A DNA stretch of 64,000 nucleotides, taken from Hyphomicrobiales bacterium. GTDB lineage: Bacteria > Pseudomonadota > Alphaproteobacteria > SPJN01. Positions 30,532 to 39,564 of the stretch are shown here, one piece after another (positions within the stretch are counted from its first letter, which is position 1; every line of letters begins with the position of its first letter). The stretch is taken from NCBI GenBank assembly GCA_006844605.1, contig SPJN01000004.1:78635-142634 (forward strand), in the 5' to 3' direction. A program made the translations under genes and the position numbers. Under the pieces are notes generated by a model. That model saw nothing but the letters and a program-made list of their open reading frames with translations, searched no databases and had not been told where the DNA came from.

Positions 30532-31218
30532 GTGGAATTTGCAAAACCCTGTTTTGATGTAGGGCTGTATACAGAACAGCTCGACCCCATGTTGACCTTT
30601 TGGCAGCAAAAGGTCGGCACGCAGTTTGATCATATGGTGCCGTTGGGTGGCGGCAAGCGTCAGCACCGCCACGATGCCCACGGGTCTGTCGTCAAAATTA
30701 ATCACAGCCGCAATCCTTTGCCTGACAACCCGCCGACCGGTTATCGCGAGGTGCTGATTGCACGTGATGGCGTGTTGGGGGTGAAGGCCCTGTCTGATCC
30801 AGATGGGAACAATGTCGCCTTGGTTGAGCCGGGAATGCACGGAGTTGCGCAGTTGGCCATGCGCATGGCCGTCCGCTCAGTTGAGGCGCATAGCCGTTTT
30901 TACCGCGATGCGTTCGGGCTGGTTGAAATGCCCTATGACAAGGGCGTTGCCTTTGGATTGGGGCATGGGGCGTTGCTGCTGGAACAGGCTGATGATGCGC
31001 CGTCCAATGCCATGAATGAGGGGAAGGGCTGGCGCTACATTACGTTTCAGGTCTTCAATGCCGATGAGGCGCATGTTAAGGCGCTGAATGCCGGCGGGGT
31101 TGAGGGGATGGCCCCCACAACATTGGGCACCACCGCGCGTATCAGTTTTGTGCGTGACCCTGATGGCAACTGGATCGAACTATCCCAACGGGCGTCACTG
31201 GTTGGGGCGCTTGACTAA
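30532..31218 (+). CDS. VOC/glyoxalase family protein (two modules)
   Basis: DPDGNNVALV and RDPDGNWIELSQ motifs. Confidence 0.85.
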   Translation: MEFAKPCFDVGLYTEQLDPMLTFWQQKVGTQFDHMVPLGGGKRQHRHDAHGSVVKINHSRNPLPDNPPTGYREVLIARDGVLGVKALSDPDGNNVALVEPGMHGVAQLAMRMAVRSVEAHSRFYRDAFGLVEMPYDKGVAFGLGHGALLLEQADDAPSNAMNEGKGWRYITFQVFNADEAHVKALNAGGVEGMAPTTLGTTARISFVRDPDGNWIELSQRASLVGALD

Positions 31219-31290
31219 GCCTGTTGCCTTGCAATCGGGCGACCGCGCGCCTACATAATGGCTGAACAAATTTATAGATAAGGTTTCAAA

Positions 31291-31569
31291 ATGGTTTCCC
31301 TGCTTGCTCTGGCGTCCCTTCTGGTCGACATTTATGTCTGGATTATCATTGCCAGCGTGGTGATGAGTTGGCTGATCGCGTTCAACGTGGTGAACCAGCA
31401 TAACCAGATCGTACGACAGGTGATCTACTTTATCGCCCGCGTGACGGAGCCTGTGTTGGAACCCATCCGCCGCATCCTGCCGCCCATGGGGGGGCTTGAT
31501 CTATCCCCGATGCTTGTCATCATCGGTCTGTGGTTTTTGCGCAATTTGATGTGGGAATATCTTGGCTGA
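31291..31569 (+). CDS. yggT: YggT family membrane protein
   Basis: VMSWL and TEPVLEPIRRILPPMGGLDLSP motifs. Confidence 0.93.
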   Translation: MVSLLALASLLVDIYVWIIIASVVMSWLIAFNVVNQHNQIVRQVIYFIARVTEPVLEPIRRILPPMGGLDLSPMLVIIGLWFLRNLMWEYLG

Positions 31570-31873
31570 TTGGTTGGCAGCGCGTGGTGATGACCTTGTG
31601 CTTTATGTGCGGTTAAGTCCGTCAGCCTCGACAGATCGTATCGGCGCACCATTTGAGGATGATGCAGGGCAACAGCGTCTGAAAATCAGCGTTACGGCAG
31701 TGCCGGAAAATGGCAAGGCCAACAAGGCGCTGATCAAACTATTATCCAAAAAGTTAAAGCTGGCGAAATCGTCGGTTGAGGTTGTGAGCGGTCATACTGA
31801 TCGCAACAAAAGGCTAAGCCTGCCTGCTTGCGCAGACAGGCTTGCTGAATTTCAGAATATTTTGGGCAGCTAG
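31562..31873 (+). CDS. yggU: DUF167 (YggU) family protein
   Basis: VRLSP, VTAVPENGKANKAL and SGHTDRNK motifs; follows yggT. Confidence 0.9.
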   Translation: MADWLAARGDDLVLYVRLSPSASTDRIGAPFEDDAGQQRLKISVTAVPENGKANKALIKLLSKKLKLAKSSVEVVSGHTDRNKRLSLPACADRLAEFQNILGS

Positions 31874-31877
31874 TTCG

Positions 31878-33617
31878 CTATTCCGCAGCTTGCGCAGGCA
31901 TGTCCGGCGCGGGCTGTGCTCCACGGATCAGCTTGCCATTCAAAGCGCCGGTTGGTTGCCCATCTTCAAACGCGACGACACCTGACACGATTGTTTTGGT
32001 ATAGCCATCGGCCTTCTGGATCAGGCGACGGCCCCCGGCGGGCAGGTCGTATACGACCTCAGGCGCGTGCAGGACCATATTGTCAAAGTCGATAATATTG
32101 ACATCGGCCTTGTACCCGGGTTTCAGCAACCCACGATCTTGAATGCCCACAAGTTCCGCCGTTTCCTTTGTCTGCATTGAGATCAGTTGTTCAAGCGGCA
32201 ATTTCGGCCCGCGTGTCCGGTCACGTCCCCAATGCTGGATCAGTGTGGTGGGAAAGCTTGAATCGCATAGCGCGCCGCAATGGGCACCACCGTCGCCCAA
32301 CCCGAATACCGTATGCGGGTGGGTCAGCATTTCATGCACAATGTCCAGATTGCCCGTGTAGTAGTTGAACAGCGGGAAATACAGCATGGCATGGCCATCG
32401 CGTTCCAGCATCATGTCGAGCGCGACTTCATAGGCGCTTTTGCCATCCCGTTCTGCAACAGCGGCCACTGACTCTTCTGGGGCAGGTTCATAATTTGCAG
32501 GTTCCCCCAAATCAAACATTTTGTGGTGGCTTTCCATAATGTGATCAACCACTTCATTGTTCAGCTTGATGGGTTCCTGACTTAGCAACAGCGCGCGGAA
32601 TTCAGGGTCTTTCAGTTTTGCCACCTTGTCATCATGGGGCAGGGCAGCAACCTCCAGAAATGCGGGGTGGAAGGTGAACGGGTTCAGCGTACAATCCAGC
32701 CCCAGCAACACACCTGTGGGGCGGGGCGGCACCTGTCCACGCATGGGCAGGCCATCGGCCTGTGCCTCATTTATTGCGGTCAGCAATTGTTTCCACCAAT
32801 CGGGACGGACGTCTTGTTGTTCCACAGTAATGGAAATCGGCAGGCCGCTTTCTTTCACCATACGGCGAAAGATTTTCCATTCCGCGTCGAAATCATAAAA
32901 GTCGGAAATGCCCTGCAACACACCCTTGCCCGTTTTGGCCACCGCCTTGGCGATGCCAACCAGCTCTTCCTCAAGCGCATTGATGGTGGGGGCCAGATTG
33001 CCGTCACTATCGCGGTGCTTTTCGGTGCGGGAGGTTGAGAATCCTAATGCGCCAGCCTCAATCGCCTCGGCGGCGACGCGGCCCATTTCTTCAATCTCTT
33101 CAGGGGTAGCAGGTTCCTGCGCGGGACCGCGTTCGCCCATCACATAGGCCCGCACAGCGCCGTGGGGCACCTGCGTGGCAACGTCGATGGCGAGCGGTGT
33201 TTTATCTAGCGCATTCAAATAGTCGGGAAAGCTTTCCCATTGCCAGTTGATGCCTTCATGAAGGGCGGTGCCGGGAATATCCTCAACCCCCTCCATCAAC
33301 TTGATCACCCAGTCACGCTGGTCTTTATGGATTGGGGCAAAGCCGACGCCGCAATTGCCCATCACGATGGTTGTCACACCATGAAAGGTTGAGGGCTGCA
33401 AATAGGGGTCCCATGTGACCTGCCCATCATAATGGGTGTGGGCATCGACAAAGCCGGGGGTAACGATTTGGCCAGCGGCGTCAATCTCGTCACGGCCCTT
33501 GCTCGGCACAGTCCCAACGGCTGTGATTTTGCCATCATCAATGGCCACATCACCCATAAAGGGCGCATCGCCCGTGCCATCGTAAATTTTCCCGTTACGG
33601 ATCACCAGATCATGCAT
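31878..33617 (-). CDS. Amidohydrolase, N-acyl-D-amino-acid deacylase family
   Basis: [26 protein letters not shown] and [14 protein letters not shown] motifs. Confidence 0.88.
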   Translation of the reverse strand: MHDLVIRNGKIYDGTGDAPFMGDVAIDDGKITAVGTVPSKGRDEIDAAGQIVTPGFVDAHTHYDGQVTWDPYLQPSTFHGVTTIVMGNCGVGFAPIHKDQRDWVIKLMEGVEDIPGTALHEGINWQWESFPDYLNALDKTPLAIDVATQVPHGAVRAYVMGERGPAQEPATPEEIEEMGRVAAEAIEAGALGFSTSRTEKHRDSDGNLAPTINALEEELVGIAKAVAKTGKGVLQGISDFYDFDAEWKIFRRMVKESGLPISITVEQQDVRPDWWKQLLTAINEAQADGLPMRGQVPPRPTGVLLGLDCTLNPFTFHPAFLEVAALPHDDKVAKLKDPEFRALLLSQEPIKLNNEVVDHIMESHHKMFDLGEPANYEPAPEESVAAVAERDGKSAYEVALDMMLERDGHAMLYFPLFNYYTGNLDIVHEMLTHPHTVFGLGDGGAHCGALCDSSFPTTLIQHWGRDRTRGPKLPLEQLISMQTKETAELVGIQDRGLLKPGYKADVNIIDFDNMVLHAPEVVYDLPAGGRRLIQKADGYTKTIVSGVVAFEDGQPTGALNGKLIRGAQPAPDMPAQAAE

Positions 33618-33661
33618 GAATTTTCCCCGTTTCTAATTATGTGATGGCCTATTTTGGCTGA

Positions 33662-34846
33662 TTAGTCCTCTGAACGCAAACCGCTGAAAAACTGCCGAAC
33701 GTCCGCGATATAAAGGTTCGGTTGTTCAAGTGCCGCGAAATGGCCGCCTAATTCCATATCTGTCCAATGCTGGACATTATAGGCCCGTTCGGCCCATTCA
33801 CGCTTGGGCCATGTGATCAGGGGGTCATGGGGGAAGTTGGCGACGCCAACCGGTACTTCGATCCGGTTGCCCTTGGGCAGGCCTGCACCGCCTTCTTCCA
33901 TCAGGCCACGATACATCCAGCTTGCGGTGTTAAACGTGCGCGTGACCAGATAGATCATGATGTTGGTCAATAGCTGGTCTTTTGAATAGGCGTTGTCGAT
34001 ATTGTCTTCGGGTGTGTGTGACCATGTGTTGAACTTTTCAACCAGCCATGCCGCCACGCCAACGGGGCTGTCCATCATGGCATAGGAAAGCGATTGCGGC
34101 TTGGTCATTTGCAGGCGGAAATAGGCGCCCTCCATCTCAAATGTCAGGCGCTGTCCATCACGCCATTGCTGTTCTTCGTCTGACATGTCGCCTTCCGGCG
34201 CGGGGGGCGAAAAGCCCATCATGTTCAGGTGAATGGCCTCGCAGGGGGCATGGTCCTTGCCCAGATAACAGGTGGTCATGGCGCCCCAGTCGCCGCCCTG
34301 CGCAAGATAGCTGTCATAGCCCAGCACATCTGTCATCAAACCGTTCATATATTTTGCGGCAGTCATGGGGCCAATCGGGTTCGCGGGCTTGTCCGAAAAG
34401 CCATAGCCGGGCAGGGATGGTACGATCACATCAAACCCGTCTTCGGCATCGCCGCCAAATCGTTCGGGATGGGCAAGCGGTTCGATAACCTCCATAAACT
34501 CGTAAAAGCTGCCGGGCCATCCATGGATGATGATCAAGGGTTGCGGGTTGGAGCCTGAGCCCTTTTCATAAATGTAATGAAGGTTGAGTGTTTGGCCATC
34601 AATGGTGACCGGGGCCTTGAATTGTGGAAAACGGTTCAGGCCTGTTTCGGCCTTGCGCCAACTAAACCCATCAAGCCAATAGGCGCACAGGTCCTTCATA
34701 TAGTCGAGATTAGCCCCATAGGCCCAGCCGCCATTTTGCGGCATCTCATGCCATTCATAGTCCGCAACACGGGATGCAATTTTGTCCAGACGGTCCTGCG
34801 GAATGTCGATGGTGAATGGTGTTGGTATGGTTTTCTGCGCGCTCAT
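33662..34846 (-). CDS. Epoxide hydrolase, microsomal/EHN type
   Basis: EHN-like N-terminus (W...F.W), HGWPGS oxyanion motif, SLPGYGFS, nucleophile GGDWG and GGHFAALEQP. Confidence 0.92.
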   Translation of the reverse strand: MSAQKTIPTPFTIDIPQDRLDKIASRVADYEWHEMPQNGGWAYGANLDYMKDLCAYWLDGFSWRKAETGLNRFPQFKAPVTIDGQTLNLHYIYEKGSGSNPQPLIIIHGWPGSFYEFMEVIEPLAHPERFGGDAEDGFDVIVPSLPGYGFSDKPANPIGPMTAAKYMNGLMTDVLGYDSYLAQGGDWGAMTTCYLGKDHAPCEAIHLNMMGFSPPAPEGDMSDEEQQWRDGQRLTFEMEGAYFRLQMTKPQSLSYAMMDSPVGVAAWLVEKFNTWSHTPEDNIDNAYSKDQLLTNIMIYLVTRTFNTASWMYRGLMEEGGAGLPKGNRIEVPVGVANFPHDPLITWPKREWAERAYNVQHWTDMELGGHFAALEQPNLYIADVRQFFSGLRSED

Positions 34847-34913
34847 GAAAATGCCCCTCAACCGTGATAAGTGATTGAGGGGCAGGGTGCAGAATTAGTG
34901 CTGTCAAATCAAA

Positions 34914-37223
34914 CTAAAACTCGACAGCAAACCGAGCCGAGAATGTCCGGGGCGGGGCAACCGCTGCAAAGTGGGACCCTGCGAATAGCGGCACGTCAAA
35001 GCTTTCCTGTTTGATGGTTTCATCCAACAGGTTTTTGCCGATGACGGAAAAGCTCCACAAATTGTCAGGGTGCCGCAAACCGATGCGGGCGCTGACCTGT
35101 GTATAGGCTTCTTGTGAGTCAGCCTTATCAAGGTCCGGCGTCAGGAACATTTCGGTTTGGTAATACACATCACCACCGATAAAGGCCAACATGTTGACGG
35201 TGTTGATATCATGCTCGTAAAGCGCTGAAACAGAGCCGTTGAACTCAGGTGCCTGGTTCAGGCGATCACCAGACAGATCGCAGCCCTTGCCCTGTCCGGC
35301 AAGACAGGGGCCGTTTTTGAAACTGTCATAGGTGGCGTCAATCCACCCCGCAGCAATTGACAGGAACAACCCTTCAACAGGGACGATCATGCTTTCCAGT
35401 TCAAGCCCCTGTGTGGTGGCTTCTTCGGCATTTGTCACGACAAAGCCCGTGCCGTCCCAAACAGCAACCTGAAGGTTTTCAAAGTTGGTGTAGAAATAGG
35501 TCAGGTTCAATGTCAGCTGGCGGTTGAACCATGTTGACTTGATCCCGCCTTCGATTGTGTCGGAGAGTTCTTCGTTAAACTCCATATCGTCGGGGCTGGT
35601 GGCCATTTCGTTAAATCCGCCGGCCTTGAAGCCCTTGGCATAGGTCACATAGGCCATCGCATCCTCAAGGAAGGCATATTTCACGGCAAATTTGGGTGAC
35701 CAATTATCTTCGTCACGGCTGGCATTGGCTGCGAAATCTGTATCGCCGGTTAGCAGACGGAAGGGGATGCCACCATTTTCAAATGTCTGTTCCTGAAAAT
35801 GGTCTTTTTCTTCGGTCGTGTAACGCAGGCCGGCAATCAATTCTAAATCTTCCCACAAGGTCAGGTTGGCCTGACCATAGGCGGCGATATGAGTGGTTTC
35901 CTGCATGAAGTCTTTATGCCGATTGTCACCATTAAATGACGGCCCGGCCAGCGCCAGAATATCCTGCAATGCAGCAGGCAATACTAACCCCGTTACGGTG
36001 CCCAGCGCATCAAAGTCGGGCAACATGGTGAAGTCGGTATTCGCATCATAGTCAGAGAAGAAATAGTAAAGCCCAGCCACATATTCGAATGGCCCGTCAG
36101 GAGAGGTCAGGCGAATTTCACCGCTATACTGTTCGAACTCATCATCATAAAGAAAGCTCAACAACGGGGCGGGGCCAAAGTCCACATCGTCCGACACTTC
36201 AAACTCATAGCTTGACCACCCGGCGATAAAGGCCAGTTCATGTTCTGCAATGTCCAGCTTGGCCGTTGCGGTTGCGCCCAGCGTATCGCGATAGGTGTAG
36301 CCGGGATAATCCAATGACGTTTCGTAGTCGTCCAAATCAGTTTCGACATTCGGGTCAAATGCTGTGTACAGCAGACGCGCATCGTCGCCCAATTCAGAAA
36401 GCTGATAGCCATTGCCGCGCGCCTTGAGCGAGCCGTAATCGACACTGACAACCAGTTCGAAAGTTTCAGTGCCCAGTAGGCCAAGTTTGGCGCGGGCATA
36501 GGTCTTGTCTAGATTGGCTTCGTCGCGGTCCAGCAGACGGTTATAGATATAGCCATCACGCTGATTGTCCTTGGCGGCGATACGCAAACCGGCAACATCG
36601 GACCAGAAGGGAATATTGACTGCCGCTTCAAAACGCTGCTGGTTATATTCGCCAAACAGGGCGCTGCCGTAAACTTCCCATTCGGTGCTGGGATCGCGAG
36701 TTGTGATGTTCAGGGCACCGGCAACTGTGTTCTTGCCGAACAATGTGCCTTGCGGGCCACGCAACACTTCGATCCGTTCAATGTCGATCATCGCATCATT
36801 CAGATATTCTGCGCGGCCATAATAAATGCCATCAACAAACAGGCCGATTGATTGTTCAAAGCCCTTATTGTCGCCTGACCCCAGACCACGAATGCGAATG
36901 TATGAGCTGCGGGGCAGGGCGGCGATATCAAGGTTGGGGGCCAGATAGCCGATATCATCAACCTTATCGACAGCGCGTGCTTCAAGCAGGTCACCGGCAA
37001 CGGCGGTCACTGACAGGGGCACGTCCTGCACGTCTTCGGATCGTTTTTGCGCAGTGACGATGATTTCGGGAATGGCTGGCGGGGCCTTTGTTTCCGCGCT
37101 TGCCTCTATCTCTGCTGAGGTTCCAGCCTCAACCGCTGCGTCCTGTGCCCATACCGGCAGGGCAATGGTGGTCGCAATTGCGGCAATGCTGGTGGTGCGG
37201 ATCAAAAAATGGCGCATTGTCAT
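34914..37223 (-). CDS. TonB-dependent receptor
   Basis: Signal peptide, EIIVTAQKR, IEVLRGPQGTLFGKNT plug motif, GFKAGGFN and C-terminal Phe. Confidence 0.95.
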   Translation of the reverse strand: MTMRHFLIRTTSIAAIATTIALPVWAQDAAVEAGTSAEIEASAETKAPPAIPEIIVTAQKRSEDVQDVPLSVTAVAGDLLEARAVDKVDDIGYLAPNLDIAALPRSSYIRIRGLGSGDNKGFEQSIGLFVDGIYYGRAEYLNDAMIDIERIEVLRGPQGTLFGKNTVAGALNITTRDPSTEWEVYGSALFGEYNQQRFEAAVNIPFWSDVAGLRIAAKDNQRDGYIYNRLLDRDEANLDKTYARAKLGLLGTETFELVVSVDYGSLKARGNGYQLSELGDDARLLYTAFDPNVETDLDDYETSLDYPGYTYRDTLGATATAKLDIAEHELAFIAGWSSYEFEVSDDVDFGPAPLLSFLYDDEFEQYSGEIRLTSPDGPFEYVAGLYYFFSDYDANTDFTMLPDFDALGTVTGLVLPAALQDILALAGPSFNGDNRHKDFMQETTHIAAYGQANLTLWEDLELIAGLRYTTEEKDHFQEQTFENGGIPFRLLTGDTDFAANASRDEDNWSPKFAVKYAFLEDAMAYVTYAKGFKAGGFNEMATSPDDMEFNEELSDTIEGGIKSTWFNRQLTLNLTYFYTNFENLQVAVWDGTGFVVTNAEEATTQGLELESMIVPVEGLFLSIAAGWIDATYDSFKNGPCLAGQGKGCDLSGDRLNQAPEFNGSVSALYEHDINTVNMLAFIGGDVYYQTEMFLTPDLDKADSQEAYTQVSARIGLRHPDNLWSFSVIGKNLLDETIKQESFDVPLFAGSHFAAVAPPRTFSARFAVEF

Positions 37224-37379
37224 CGGTCCTGTCGCAGAATTCCGTAAATAATCAGTGGAACTTATATGGAAATGTCAGATAGTGGCTTCAAGTAAGGGAA
37301 ATTCATATTTTCCACAATGCGACAGAAAAACAAAACATATCACATTGACTATGTGTGTAATTATATATTGACCATTTTG

Positions 37380-37401
37380 TATATTCATATTATTGAATAT
37401 A
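37380..37401. promoter_or_regulatory. Palindromic operator, SqrR/BigR-like (ATTC-N8-GAAT)
   Basis: TATATTCA-tattat-TGAATATA perfect inverted repeat, just downstream of TTGACC (37368-37373) and upstream of the yeeE/yedE pair. Confidence 0.65.
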
Positions 37402-37445
37402 AAAGTGGCTGCTTTCAGCCATTATTAGGGATGCAGGAGGGCGCA

Positions 37446-37892
37446 ATGGCAGCACTGACCTTGGAAACCATACTTATTTCACTGGCAGGGGGCGTCATGA
37501 TTGGCCTGTCGGCTGTCATGTTGATGGCCCTGAATGGCCGCATTGCGGGAATCAGTGGCATTATTGGCGGGCTGGTCAATCCGGTCATGCTGAAGGGCGG
37601 TCTTGATCAATGGGGCTGGCGACTGGCCTTTGTTGCCGGGCTGGTAATTTCGCCCTTCATTTATGGGCTTGTGGGGGGGGAGCTTCCCGCCCTTGTCCAA
37701 CCGCGCAGCATCGGCGTGATCATACTGGGGGGCTTGATCGTCGGATTCGGCACCCGTTTGGGCGGCGGCTGTACGTCCGGTCATGGGGTTTGCGGTATGG
37801 CGCGCCTGTCACAACGGTCAATCGTGGCAACGATCACCTTCATGCTGACGGGATTTGCCACCGTCTATGTCTTTAACATGGTCGGAGGATAA
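37446..37892 (+). CDS. YeeE/YedE-family sulfur transporter half-protein
   Basis: GRIAGISG and GTRLGGGCTSGHGVCG motifs; GGAGG upstream of ATG 37446. Confidence 0.92.
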   Translation: MAALTLETILISLAGGVMIGLSAVMLMALNGRIAGISGIIGGLVNPVMLKGGLDQWGWRLAFVAGLVISPFIYGLVGGELPALVQPRSIGVIILGGLIVGFGTRLGGGCTSGHGVCGMARLSQRSIVATITFMLTGFATVYVFNMVGG

Positions 37893-37896
37893 TCTG

Positions 37897-38346
37897 ATGA
37901 AAGCGATTTTGGGTGCCCTGGCAGCAGGGCTGTTATTTGGTTTAGGGTTGATAGCCTCAGAAATGGTGAACCCCACGAAAGTCATCAGCTTCCTTGATTT
38001 GTTCGGGGCATGGGACCCGTCGTTGGCGTTTGTGATGGGCGGTGCATTGGTCACAACCTTTATCGGTTACCGTTTCGTGTTGAAGCGGGAACGGCCCGTT
38101 AATGCGGAAAAGTTTGATTTGCCGACCAAGACTGATCTTGATCCGCGTTTGATCGGCGGCGCCAGCTTGTTTGGCATCGGGTGGGGCATGGCTGGGTATT
38201 GTCCCGGTCCGGCCATTGCGGCCCTACCGTTTATGTATACCGAAACCTTTATCTTTGTTGCGGCAATGGCGGTTGGCATGGCAGTTTACAATCTGGTCGA
38301 TGGGATGCTGCAACAACGGGCGCAGCCGGTTTTGATCGACGGCTAA
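37897..38346 (+). CDS. YeeE/YedE-family partner protein
   Basis: GLLFGLGL, FLD...WDPSLAFVM and FGIGWGMAGYCPGP motifs. Confidence 0.9.
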   Translation: MKAILGALAAGLLFGLGLIASEMVNPTKVISFLDLFGAWDPSLAFVMGGALVTTFIGYRFVLKRERPVNAEKFDLPTKTDLDPRLIGGASLFGIGWGMAGYCPGPAIAALPFMYTETFIFVAAMAVGMAVYNLVDGMLQQRAQPVLIDG

Positions 38347-38367
38347 ATTTAAACTTGATGGGCGTAT

Positions 38368-39267
38368 ATGCTGCCAAATCTGATCATTCCCGGTGCCCCG
38401 AAAAGCGGCACCTCTACCCTGTATCGTTGGTTGAGCGATCATCCGGCGGTGCAAGGCGCTCGTTTGAAAGAGGTTGAGTTCTTTATCGACCTCGGTTGGC
38501 ACAGCCAGAATGAGGAAGCGAATGCCCATTCTGCCAACCTCGATGCCTATGAACGGTTTTTTGATGGGTGGACGGGCACGGGTGAACCCCGCCTGATCGT
38601 GGAATCAACACCTGCCTATATGTATCAACAAACAGCCTTGCGTGATTTGCCGGACCTACCCAGCAAGCCGCATCTGTTGTTTTTGGTGCGGGAGCCTGCC
38701 GCCCAAATAAAATCCACGTTCGATTATTTCCAAAATAATTGGCAACACATCCCCGCCGATTGGGCCTTTGCCGACTATGTTGCGGCATTGGAAGCGGGCC
38801 GCGCAGACTTTTCCCAAAATGAGCTGGTGGTCAATGCGCTGGACTATGCACGGTATGACAAATGGTTGGATAAGTGGCGCGATGCTGTGGGCACAGAACG
38901 GATGACGGTGTTGGGCATGGAACGTTTTTTCAGTGACGCCCGGTCCGGCATGGTGTCACTTTGTGACCAATTCGGGCTCGATCCCGCCTTTTATGACAGC
39001 TATGACTTCCCACGGGAAAACGAAACCTATCGGGTGAAATCGCAGGCGCTGCAATCGCTGAATGTGCGGGTGCGGGCGCTGCTGCCGCGCAATAATGCAC
39101 TGTATAACGGCTTGCGGACGGTGTATCGCAAGGTGAACACCGGGTCAAAACAAGCCATTGGGGATGACGCTGACGGGGCAGCAATGGACCGTTTGAAGGC
39201 GCGCTATGCAGCCTTGCCCGCGACATTGGCGCAGACCTATGGGCTTGATCTAAGCCACTGGCGCTGA
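38368..39267 (+). CDS. PAPS-dependent sulfotransferase family protein
   Basis: 5'-PSB loop GAPKSGTSTL, KE..FF, ESTPAY and 3'-PB REP...S motifs. Confidence 0.85.
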   Translation: MLPNLIIPGAPKSGTSTLYRWLSDHPAVQGARLKEVEFFIDLGWHSQNEEANAHSANLDAYERFFDGWTGTGEPRLIVESTPAYMYQQTALRDLPDLPSKPHLLFLVREPAAQIKSTFDYFQNNWQHIPADWAFADYVAALEAGRADFSQNELVVNALDYARYDKWLDKWRDAVGTERMTVLGMERFFSDARSGMVSLCDQFGLDPAFYDSYDFPRENETYRVKSQALQSLNVRVRALLPRNNALYNGLRTVYRKVNTGSKQAIGDDADGAAMDRLKARYAALPATLAQTYGLDLSHWR

Positions 39268-39280
39268 TACATCGACTGCA

Positions 39281-39445
39281 CCACAGGCTGGTGTAGGGAA
39301 TACGGTGCGCTCTGAATTTAGGGCAATTCCGCAACTGTCCCCGCAACTGTAATCGGTAAGTGGGCTGCCAAACCACTGTCTTGCAAAAGATGGGAAGGGG
39401 CCGCACCACGGTTGAGCCGAAAGTCAGGAAACCTTGCCGCCTGTC
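39281..39445 (+). ncRNA. Cobalamin riboswitch
   Basis: AGGGAA-CGGTG...AATTCCG, ACTGTCCCCGCAACTGT, CCACTG...GGGAAGG and B12-box-like AGTCAGGAAACC; upstream of a btuB-type operon. Confidence 0.92.
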
Positions 39446-39564
39446 CGTCCTCATGGCCGTCCGGGTTGAGCCTGCCATGTCGGAACTTTCCGAAGCGACG
39501 GATGAACCGCACATACCCAGTGGGTGTGTTGCTAATGTCGTTTTTGCGGAAAGAGGTGCTTTCC

